Shown here piece by piece: positions 37,212 through 45,378 of a DNA stretch of 64,000 nucleotides (positions are counted from its first letter, which is position 1; every line of letters starts with the position of its first letter). Source of the stretch: Alphaproteobacteria bacterium SS10 (GTDB taxonomy: Bacteria; Pseudomonadota; Alphaproteobacteria; TMED2); assembly GCA_019192455.1 (NCBI GenBank), contig JAHCML010000006.1, positions 25 to 64,024 on the forward strand, in the 5' to 3' direction. Position numbers and translations under genes: made by a program. The notes under the pieces were generated by a model that worked only from the letters and a program-made list of their open reading frames with translations, was not told the DNA's origin and did no database searches.

Positions 37212-38419
37212 GCCGCTGCCCCTTCCTTGGTCTTATCGCCTGCCTTATCCGCGGCCGCTGCACCGTCGGTATCAAGCCCAGCCTGAGCGGCAGCATAGAT
37301 ATTGCTCGCGGCACTGAATTTCTCGCGAAGCGCTAAATCCAGATCCAAATAGGCAAGCAACGGTGCCTGCCCGCGATCCGTAATGAACTGCCGGATATGG
37401 GTCAGGAATGTTTTGTAGCCGGAGCACTCCACCTCACCATCTGGAACACCATTCGGTGTGATGGGGCAGCCAGAGTGGCACCAATTGCTGTTCTCACAAC
37501 CATGGCAATGGTCCCGCTTATGGCCATAGCTCTGCATGCGAAGCCATTTGCGCCGGAACGAATTCTTGGCAAAGCCTTGGAAGCCACCTTCCACATTGCC
37601 GTAATTCTCTTCCACCGTTGATTTATCCGGGCAATTATTGAGGGAGCCATCTGGCTCAACAACCACGAAGTCAGACTGGCAGGTGGTGCCCCAACGATCA
37701 CCAGGCGCCTGGAACAGCACGCCCATAATGCCGGCTTTCACAGCGCCGATGATTGGCGCCTTACCATCCCGCTCCATCCGCTCCATCACGGCATCAAAGA
37801 GGCCCATGAGGAAGTAGGAGTGCTCAAGGTTATTGGGACGATCATCAAAATACGTCTGATAGGAGTTGTAGCGGTCCAAATTGACCACCTCGAACTCGCG
37901 CTCAACAAACCAATCTACTAGCTCTTGCTCGCGGCCCAGCTCCTGCCGTGTCGGCACAACGCCAGGCACCACATTGATCCCATCACCGCGCACGCGCTCA
38001 ACCTTTTGCATCCAAAGCTTGTGGTAGTTCTCCACCGAGCCCTTGATCTGCCGTTGGCTGAAATCAATTGAGGAGCCAATCTCACGGCCACAACGCTCAA
38101 TCACCCAATCGCGATACTCATCACGCCATGGGATAAGGGATGTTTGGATCGCCTGGAAGTTATCGGGCAGGACCTTGTCCAACACCTCACCCGCTTCCCA
38201 GTACCATTCAACTGGAACCGTTAGCGGCTCACCACCATGCCAGAGGACGAGCGACGCATCCTTGCGCTGGGCCTTCTGCATATCGGCGATCAGGGTGCCT
38301 GCCTTGGCCAGCACGTCATGGCTCATCCGGAATTTATTGGCGCGCACGATCTCCGGCAGGTAGCAATGGGTGCATCCCACATTGCAGTAATTTGTCGGCT
38401 TCACATAAGCGACAATCAT
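37208..38419 (-). CDS. Radical SAM/SPASM domain protein, paralog 2
   Basis: 403 aa. 'CNVGCTHCY' is present, plus C-terminal 'CPDKS…CHGCENSNWCHSGC'. It overlaps paralog 1 (ATGA) and paralog 3 (ATGA), suggesting translational coupling. Confidence 0.85.
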   Translation of the reverse strand: MIVAYVKPTNYCNVGCTHCYLPEIVRANKFRMSHDVLAKAGTLIADMQKAQRKDASLVLWHGGEPLTVPVEWYWEAGEVLDKVLPDNFQAIQTSLIPWRDEYRDWVIERCGREIGSSIDFSQRQIKGSVENYHKLWMQKVERVRGDGINVVPGVVPTRQELGREQELVDWFVEREFEVVNLDRYNSYQTYFDDRPNNLEHSYFLMGLFDAVMERMERDGKAPIIGAVKAGIMGVLFQAPGDRWGTTCQSDFVVVEPDGSLNNCPDKSTVEENYGNVEGGFQGFAKNSFRRKWLRMQSYGHKRDHCHGCENSNWCHSGCPITPNGVPDGEVECSGYKTFLTHIRQFITDRGQAPLLAYLDLDLALREKFSAASNIYAAAQAGLDTDGAAAADKAGDKTKEGAAA

Positions 38420-39573
38420 GCGGCGATCTCGCGGTTCAGGTTGCGCTTGCGGCGCACCTCCTCGGGGTCCAGGCCGTATTTGCGGATGGCGCCATCCGCC
38501 TCACCATTGCGCACGGTCTCTTTGATGCGGTCAAAGACCATCATCCAAGCATGGCAGTAGTGGAACTTGCCGCCCAGCCCATGATTGTACAGCACAGCAT
38601 CGCGCATGCAGCCGCCCTCACACTCACCGAAGTGGCGGCAGCTTTGACAATCGAGCGGAAGGTCGACGCGACGACGGCGGATCATGGCGGCCGCCCGTGA
38701 TTTCATCAGCTCCGGAATGGTCATCTCATTGAGATTGCCAAACATGAACTCTGGATCGCCCAAATCCGCAAACTCTGAGCAGTTATAGGTATCGCCATTC
38801 GGCTCCAGGCCCAGGAAATGACCGCCGCAGGATCTGGTCCAGGGGCAGCGATTAACCTCAAGGGCAATCACCTTCTTCAGCATCTCATCGAGCGGGGTAA
38901 TGACGAAAACCGGCAGGTCTACGATCCAGCGCTCATAAAGCTCAAGCAGCATCGTGCCGTAATCATGGGGGCTAATCATTTCCCCATTACCCTCATCCCG
39001 CCCCGCCGGATACCGGTAGTTGAAGCGGAGATGCGGCGCCTTATCGCCATAGGCTAGGCTACGGTCATACATCTCATGCGCCATGGGCGCGGTTTCGGTG
39101 GTGTAGGTGCCAATGATCTTCGGATAGAAGCCATCGTCGAGCACCTCCTCTAGCCGCTTATAAAACAGGCGGGTGTAGAGGGCTGCCGAGCCCTTATAGA
39201 TGCGGTTGGTTTCATCCGGATCGAAGGATGTTGAGACCGAACCGTTGAAGATGTCTTTAAAGACGTCATACCAACGGTTGTGGTTATAGCTCAGCAGGTT
39301 CGTCTGGATTGAGAAGTTGATGTTGGGGTTCTGCGCCTTGGCATACTCCCAAGCCTGCTCATAGAAGTCAGGGCCAAGCAGCATGGGCTCACCGCCATGC
39401 CAGATAATGTAAGCCTGGTCGGTTAGATGCGGGCCAATCTTATCGAAATACCGCTTAAAATCGTCAATCGACCATTTCGGCACCCCGTCAGGGGGCGCAC
39501 TGCAATAGGTACAGGCCGCATTACAAACCTTCGTTGGTTTGGCGATTACGGTAGAGATCATGCCTAACCCCAT
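38416..39573 (-). CDS. Radical SAM/SPASM domain protein, paralog 3
   Basis: 385 aa. 'CNAACTYCS' is present, plus C-terminal 'CPWTRSCGG…CSEF…CQSCRHFGECEGGC'. Confidence 0.85.
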   Translation of the reverse strand: MGLGMISTVIAKPTKVCNAACTYCSAPPDGVPKWSIDDFKRYFDKIGPHLTDQAYIIWHGGEPMLLGPDFYEQAWEYAKAQNPNINFSIQTNLLSYNHNRWYDVFKDIFNGSVSTSFDPDETNRIYKGSAALYTRLFYKRLEEVLDDGFYPKIIGTYTTETAPMAHEMYDRSLAYGDKAPHLRFNYRYPAGRDEGNGEMISPHDYGTMLLELYERWIVDLPVFVITPLDEMLKKVIALEVNRCPWTRSCGGHFLGLEPNGDTYNCSEFADLGDPEFMFGNLNEMTIPELMKSRAAAMIRRRRVDLPLDCQSCRHFGECEGGCMRDAVLYNHGLGGKFHYCHAWMMVFDRIKETVRNGEADGAIRKYGLDPEEVRRKRNLNREIAA

Positions 39574-39671
39574 CCCTTCCCCAATATGACGCCCTCCATT
39601 TGAGCGTTGGTCCGACTGACCTCGGCAACCACCAAAACACTAGCGGTTGCTTAAAAATTTCCCCAATTTCA

Positions 39672-39723
39672 ACAGGATAAAAGAAATGAAAACGGGCGAC
39701 CAGCATTTTCGGCCTGGTCGCCC
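39672..39723 (-). terminator. Rho-independent terminator after the giant pilin-like gene
   Basis: Perfect 10-bp inverted repeat gggcgaccag / ctggtcgccc (39694-39703 and 39714-39723) with a 10-nt loop. On the minus strand it is followed by 'gttttcatttcttttatcc'. Confidence 0.6.
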
Positions 39724-39765
39724 GTCACATAAATGTTTGCTCGCCCTAACCCACGGGCAATCGCA

Positions 39766-42700
39766 TTACAGCTGGCAGTAAACCGTCACAACCGCAACGC
39801 CGTTTGTCATCTGACGCCATGGTGCCAGATCATTCTTCTGACGCGCTTCCATGACAAGGGTGCCACCGCCGGTCATATACACACGACCCTGGGTGTTGTT
39901 GTCATAGTCACCACCGGCAAGCTCAGTACCATCAGCTGGATTGATGTCGTCGATATCGGTAACGCGAATGACGTCATCCTGGGCCGTACCGGCACCATCA
40001 CCATCCTGAAGCTGCGTGATACGGGTCTGCGCAATCATGACCGGCGTCACCCACCATGCTGGGGTTGCAGCGTAGAAGATGGTGCCTGCGCCACCACCCG
40101 TTGGGGTCAGGCAGCGATTTCGAAGCGTTGCACTAACGGTTTGACCATCACTTAGGACCTCAACGCCAGAAACAATCAACTGCTCTGAGACGTTGGTGTC
40201 GCTCAACCAAACATCACGGCCGCGAAGATAGATATCATCAACGTCCAGGTAAGACTGATCAGCACCAAGTGGTGATGCACCGACCAGCGCACCAGCACCA
40301 AGCTTCAAGGCACCATCGGCCGCAGCTGATTCAGTAAAGAACCGCATCCGGTTTCCACCGGCAGCATTGTTCACAATGAGCGATGGCTGGGCGGCATCGC
40401 TCTCACCGCGCAAGACCACACGGTTGGTACCTGCCTGATCAAGGATCCGAACGACATTCCGGGTCGCATTTGAGACGATCTGCATCGTGTCGGTCGCTTG
40501 ACCATTATTGCGAATACCGAAGGTGTTGTTGCCATCGGAGTAAGCAATCCGACCGTCATAGTCCGCGCCGAGTGAACCGGTCCCCTTAAAATCAATGAAG
40601 GAGGTTTGGTTGTTACCGCTACCGATCTCAACACCGCCATCATTTGGATCAACGAGGAAATAGCCACCTGCGGTTGGCGTATTCGCATCAGCAGCGGACA
40701 GGCGGAACTGACCATTGTTGCTGTTCACGATTGCACGCTCGACACCATCAGCAGCACGCCAGTCCTGGACCCCGCTTGCGGTGTCAAATTGGCGCCGAAG
40801 GTTACCGGCAGCATCGTTCAACCGCTCTACACCTGCAGCGGCGTCGGTCTCGAATTCATAACGAACCGTTCCGGCAGTATCACGAACCCGAACAAACGCG
40901 CTGTTACCAGAACTCACAAACTGATTGCGGTTCCGGCCAGCTGAGTCAGACATAACCACATTGGTATCAGTGGCATTATAAATGGCAGCGAGACGATTAT
41001 TGGTACCGTCCGAGAACACCAGATTACCATCGGCACCAAAGTAGTCGGTACGGAACCGGTCATTAGCACCGTCATTCAACTCCAAGCGCCCCGAGCCCGC
41101 CCCATAGTTAGCGGCAAAGCGTGAGTTCGCGGCTGTATCGTTCCCAATGGCAATCTGACCCGTTGTTGCATCGTAATCAGCAAGAAGCCGGCGGGAACCG
41201 CCATCATTCATCGACAAGCGACCCGTGAGGGCAGTGTAGTTGGACACGAACCTAGGATCGACACCGGTTGTGTCATTACCAATAGCAATCTGACCTGTAC
41301 CCCCAGTGTAGTCGGCAAGCACGCGCTGGTTGCCACCGACATCGGCCAACTCGACACTACCGGTTGCAGCGTCATACTGGTTCATCACCCGTTGGGTCGC
41401 CCCATCATCACGCATGATGTTCTGACCAACATTCCCATCATACCGAGAGACAAAACGCTCTGCATCCGCAGCCTGGTTGACTTGATCGCGAACTCCAAAT
41501 CGACCAGCGGTTGGGCTGTCATATTGCTGAACAAAGCGCTCAACGCCGGTTTCGTCACCAACACGAACCAAACCACGAGCGTTGCTAGCGGCTGTACCAG
41601 CAGCATCGAGGCCAAACTCTGACCGCAGACGCTCGTTATTCGCATTGTCGCGCATAACGAAGGTGCCGGCCTCTGGAATGACGCCGTTACCGGCACGGTT
41701 CTGGCCATAATCGAACTGCACACGATCCCGGACACCACTGGCATCGGTCATGGTGAAGTTACCAGCATCAGGGAGAACGTTACCGGCACGGTCAAAGCCG
41801 TAATCCAGACGCATCCGCTCTTGCAGGCCGTCGTTGAAGAACGTCACGCCCCGGGCGTTACCACCTTCAGAGGTGTAAGACGTCTGGGCACGTGGGGCCG
41901 CAGCAACACCATCGCGAAGGGTAATGTTACCGGCAGTTGGCTCACGAGCGTTCAGCTCATCAAGCCCGTAATTCAGCTCAATCCGGCGGGTTGCCAGGGC
42001 GCCGGTATCGGTACCCGCGCTGATTTGGCCAGCTTGGCTGCCCGTATCGTCAAAGGTGAAGTTCCCACGCTCTATGTTGGCCGCATCATAAAGCTTAAAG
42101 CCTGGGTCGGTAGATCGAACACCAGCGGCTGGTGCCACCAGTGCGACTTCAACACCATCCACATCGAGGCCGGAATCCAGAATCGCACGCTGACCATTCG
42201 GTAGGGCACGATTTGCAGCCTCAACCCGCTGCTGGGCGCGGACACGCTCTTCAGCATCGACGAAGCCAAAGATTGCATCACCACCAACGATATTCACATT
42301 GCCGCGGGCGTAAGCAGCGTTGGCACCAGTCTGGTTGTCGTTACCAAATCGAATGACGTTCTCATTCGTTCCGGCCCCAACAGCTGGATCGAAGTTACTA
42401 TCCAGTTCACCATCAGCGTTCAAATCAACACGCGGCGCTGCAGCCGGGGCAAACACGGCAGGTGCCGGCAGTGGCACTGTATTTGTCTGGAGGCCGTTTT
42501 GCCCAACTTCCGGGTTGCCATCCTGGGCGAGCGCAGCACCATTCAGCGGCGCACCAATTTGGGCCACGTTGGCCAGGCCAAACTCACCCATATTGATGTT
42601 GGCATTCATCTGCTGGGCTTCTGGCTGCCCTGGAATGCTGTTCCGGTATAGGAAGTCGGCAACGACGCCACCTTCACCAAAGAACGCCATGGCGGCTAGG

Positions 42701-43338
42701 CCACCACGTTCTGGTGGAACACCGAGATCTGCGTTATCCAACTCCCAACCACCGAACGCACCATAGGTGGTGTTATCGGCATACACCCCAGAGACATCAG
42801 AGCCGAAACCAAGTTCGGTCGGGTCAGCAGCACGCCAACCGGCGTCGGCGCCAACGGCAGCCGCGATCTGGGCCGCAGTTGTCGGCTCAATATGTTCATA
42901 ACTGCCGGTGCCGTCATCCTCGGACACCACCTGCACCCGCAGACGCTCACCGCCAATGTTCAAAACATATATATTGAGGTCGTGGCCAAAGGCGTTCTTG
43001 CGGATATCCGCGCCATCAAAGAAACGGGGATCCAGATAACCATCAAGAGCATCATCATCCAACTGCTGGGCCGCACCGCCGGCAACCGGGTCACCGATAT
43101 CGGCATTACCGCCATCGATGATGTCGCCATAATTATCGATAACGTACGCGGCGGCGGCATCACGAACAGCGGCCAATTGCTGTGCCGTTTGTTCAGCCTT
43201 AACGCGCCGGAGGTTATCAACCTGCAGATTAGCAATCGCGCCAAGCCCAATACCAAGGGTTGCAACGCCCAGTATCGCTTCAGTCAAGCTGATACCGCGC
43301 TGCCCAAGAGGCTTTTGAGAGTTAATTTTTTTACTCAT
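39766..43338 (-). CDS. Giant type IV pilin-like protein with tandem degenerate ~22-aa repeats (putative pilus-associated adhesin/fibre)
   Basis: The track start 43353 is TTG. ATG at 43336-43338 with SD 'gaggga'. N-terminus is MSKKINSQKPLGQRG|ISLTEAILGVATLGIGLGAI: a 15-aa basic leader ending in Gly, Glu at +5 and a ~20-aa hydrophobic helix, i.e. a class III (prepilin) signal. There are ~1190 aa in total. The central ~450 aa are repeats of the form …R..(A/V).Y(D/G)..TG…..D(G/T)..N(R)… . Confidence 0.8.
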   Translation of the reverse strand: MSKKINSQKPLGQRGISLTEAILGVATLGIGLGAIANLQVDNLRRVKAEQTAQQLAAVRDAAAAYVIDNYGDIIDGGNADIGDPVAGGAAQQLDDDALDGYLDPRFFDGADIRKNAFGHDLNIYVLNIGGERLRVQVVSEDDGTGSYEHIEPTTAAQIAAAVGADAGWRAADPTELGFGSDVSGVYADNTTYGAFGGWELDNADLGVPPERGGLAAMAFFGEGGVVADFLYRNSIPGQPEAQQMNANINMGEFGLANVAQIGAPLNGAALAQDGNPEVGQNGLQTNTVPLPAPAVFAPAAAPRVDLNADGELDSNFDPAVGAGTNENVIRFGNDNQTGANAAYARGNVNIVGGDAIFGFVDAEERVRAQQRVEAANRALPNGQRAILDSGLDVDGVEVALVAPAAGVRSTDPGFKLYDAANIERGNFTFDDTGSQAGQISAGTDTGALATRRIELNYGLDELNAREPTAGNITLRDGVAAAPRAQTSYTSEGGNARGVTFFNDGLQERMRLDYGFDRAGNVLPDAGNFTMTDASGVRDRVQFDYGQNRAGNGVIPEAGTFVMRDNANNERLRSEFGLDAAGTAASNARGLVRVGDETGVERFVQQYDSPTAGRFGVRDQVNQAADAERFVSRYDGNVGQNIMRDDGATQRVMNQYDAATGSVELADVGGNQRVLADYTGGTGQIAIGNDTTGVDPRFVSNYTALTGRLSMNDGGSRRLLADYDATTGQIAIGNDTAANSRFAANYGAGSGRLELNDGANDRFRTDYFGADGNLVFSDGTNNRLAAIYNATDTNVVMSDSAGRNRNQFVSSGNSAFVRVRDTAGTVRYEFETDAAAGVERLNDAAGNLRRQFDTASGVQDWRAADGVERAIVNSNNGQFRLSAADANTPTAGGYFLVDPNDGGVEIGSGNNQTSFIDFKGTGSLGADYDGRIAYSDGNNTFGIRNNGQATDTMQIVSNATRNVVRILDQAGTNRVVLRGESDAAQPSLIVNNAAGGNRMRFFTESAAADGALKLGAGALVGASPLGADQSYLDVDDIYLRGRDVWLSDTNVSEQLIVSGVEVLSDGQTVSATLRNRCLTPTGGGAGTIFYAATPAWWVTPVMIAQTRITQLQDGDGAGTAQDDVIRVTDIDDINPADGTELAGGDYDNNTQGRVYMTGGGTLVMEARQKNDLAPWRQMTNGVAVVTVYCQL
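40600..42050 (-). repeat. Intragenic tandem degenerate repeats (~66-69 nt unit) in the giant pilin-like gene. Coordinates are approximate.
   Basis: Protein-level periodicity is present (…ADYTGGTGQIAIGNDTTGVDPRFVSNYTALTGRLSMNDGGSRRLLADYDATTGQIAIGNDTAANSRFAANYGAGSGRLELNDGANDRFRTDY…). Boundaries were estimated from residue positions, not computed. Confidence 0.5.
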
Positions 43339-43362
43339 TTCCAAATCCCTCAAACGAGAAGG

Positions 43363-44262
43363 TTAATCGCAGAAACCATCGTCAAATTCATCGCCGGTCC
43401 CCGGCAGCCCATCGGCACCAAGAACATCATCGGCTTTCTTACACACCACGTAAACCGGCACCCCATCAGGGATTAGGTTGTTCCCACCACGATCGACGAG
43501 CGGAATGTTCACGATCGCTGAAATCTCATTCGCATCCAGCGTACCGTGATCCATCGCATCATCTGGCGGATTTTGCAGATCAAAGGAACGGGCCAGCTGA
43601 ATGTGCTCAACCCCACGACGGGTTAATGTACCACCATCATTGATGCCGAAGTTAACCGTACCATTGAATGCCCGGCGAAACCCCTTAGCGAAATCATCAA
43701 CGCTGACCGTCTCCAGAAAGTTCTGCCCGCCAGGTGTGCGCGGCACGTTTTCGACAAAACCGATAATTGCCGCCACTTCACCAGTACCGGCGCCTAGGGC
43801 ATCAACCTGCTCAATAACAGCGACACGCCATGGGCCGTCCGCCGTATAGTTGGTTGGCAAAAACCGACGAACAGGATCCGCAGGCCCGAGAAAAGCCGGA
43901 TCAGTTACCGCAGCGTCTGCGTAGTCGGAATTGGTCAGGAACGTCTCGAAATCGGCGACATCCATTACCCAATAACCAGCACTTGGGTTACCGGGATCGG
44001 CAAGCTCAGCCGCAATCTCAGTCTGTGCAAGGGCAATTGGCGGACCGGGAATAGGCCAGGTGCGTTGATCAATCGCATAAGTTGAGAGGGCCGACTCAAC
44101 CGAAGCCACAAACCGGGCCATGTCACGGCCTAGACCGTGAGAGTAGGCATCATGCGGCTTCTCATAAACCAGGGGAGCATCACCTGGTGATTTCGCTTGG
44201 AATGGGTTGCTCAACGATAGGTAAAACGCGGCAACCACTAAGGCGATCAACAACGCATACAT
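43363..44262 (-). CDS. Hypothetical N-terminally membrane-anchored protein
   Basis: 299 aa. ATG at 44260-44262. N-terminus 'MYALLIALVVAAFYLSLS' is a TM segment. It ends 10 bp before the giant pilin-like gene. No known domain recognised. Confidence 0.55.
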   Translation of the reverse strand: MYALLIALVVAAFYLSLSNPFQAKSPGDAPLVYEKPHDAYSHGLGRDMARFVASVESALSTYAIDQRTWPIPGPPIALAQTEIAAELADPGNPSAGYWVMDVADFETFLTNSDYADAAVTDPAFLGPADPVRRFLPTNYTADGPWRVAVIEQVDALGAGTGEVAAIIGFVENVPRTPGGQNFLETVSVDDFAKGFRRAFNGTVNFGINDGGTLTRRGVEHIQLARSFDLQNPPDDAMDHGTLDANEISAIVNIPLVDRGGNNLIPDGVPVYVVCKKADDVLGADGLPGTGDEFDDGFCD

Positions 44263-44551
44263 ATCAGCACCTCCCGATCACAAATCGGTGGCTGAAATCG
44301 CTGGAAAAACCTGTGTTCACCCTGATCACTAACGGGACCCCCATCCCACAACTCGGACACACAACACTGCCACAAACCCCATGGGCAGCACTAAATCATC
44401 CGCTAAAGCACGGGGCACTGCAACTTAAAAGTTTGTTAAAATTGTATCGTTAACGCAATTTGCGGCAGGTTTGGCGCAGTCACCGGGAGCAAAGCAAAGG
44501 CTTTAATTTCTGCGGATTTTGGCAATCGCCGCCCCAAAAACGGGCATGGCG

Positions 44552-45181
44552 CTATCCCGCGCCGCAATATTCCTGCGACAGACAGATGACGATGGCGGGG
44601 GCGTTTTGGGTCGTTTGATCGAATGGCAGCCCGCGCAAACGCCCAAAACCACGCTCAACCCCAGGATGGGTAAAACTGTCGGTTAACAGGGAGCCTTGGC
44701 TAAGCAAACCAACCGTTACTTGGCCACCAGCGGTCAGTCGAAGGCCCCTCGCAATATCAACGGGCCGCATGGTTCGCGGCAGATTTGCCTGGTTCACATA
44801 GGCAACCACGGCGCCAATGCCTGGATCCGTTTCGGTGGCGGCAACCCCACTTCCCGCCTCCTTCACCGGCAGAAGATAGGCACGCCATGGCATTGTTGGG
44901 TTGTAAGAGGCTGGCAAAACCGGGGCATAGCGTGGGTTTTGATCCAGGGTCGCGACCGTAACGGCGTTCGGATAACGCGGCAAACTCTCCGGAAACTGGT
45001 TCAGCCGCGCCATTACAGCCTCGGCAAATACCGACAGGCTATGGGCGTGCACCTCCGCCTCCGCGGTTGATGCGGCCGCCGGTGGGTTCATAAAGGCAAG
45101 CTCGTCAAACGCCTCCCGGTCGGCTGGCAACATAAGCAGCACGAACAGCGAAAACATAAGAGAGATCATGACCGGATACAT
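44552..45181 (-). CDS. Hypothetical N-terminally membrane-anchored protein
   Basis: 209 aa. ATG at 45179-45181. N-terminus 'MYPVMISLMFSLFVLLML' is a TM segment. It is the first gene of the minus-strand block. Confidence 0.55.
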   Translation of the reverse strand: MYPVMISLMFSLFVLLMLPADREAFDELAFMNPPAAASTAEAEVHAHSLSVFAEAVMARLNQFPESLPRYPNAVTVATLDQNPRYAPVLPASYNPTMPWRAYLLPVKEAGSGVAATETDPGIGAVVAYVNQANLPRTMRPVDIARGLRLTAGGQVTVGLLSQGSLLTDSFTHPGVERGFGRLRGLPFDQTTQNAPAIVICLSQEYCGAG

Positions 45182-45378
45182 GGGGTGAGCTTATCCCAGT
45201 TTACGCCCCGACAAAATGGCGATTAGGCACGCTGTGAGGCGTCGGACTGACAGAAGTTTCATAGAACAGTCACAGAAACTTTCCGGCCTAGCGCGTAGTA
45301 CAAACGCGAAAGGTCGCGTATCTTAAAGACAGATAACGCAGCCTCAAGTGACTGACGAAACGACAAAACATCGATCAC

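Noticed and set aside
38140-38700. 186-aa plus-strand ORF
   Set aside because: It is antisense to radical SAM paralogs 2 and 3, which have unambiguous CX3CX2C/SPASM motifs.
39521-39706. 61-aa minus-strand ORF in the pilin-rSAM3 spacer
   Set aside because: It overlaps the rSAM3 start and the terminator hairpin. It is Trp/Arg-rich with no RBS. It is more likely non-coding regulatory sequence.
42892-43476. 194-aa plus-strand ORF
   Set aside because: It is antisense to the 5' end of the giant pilin-like gene.
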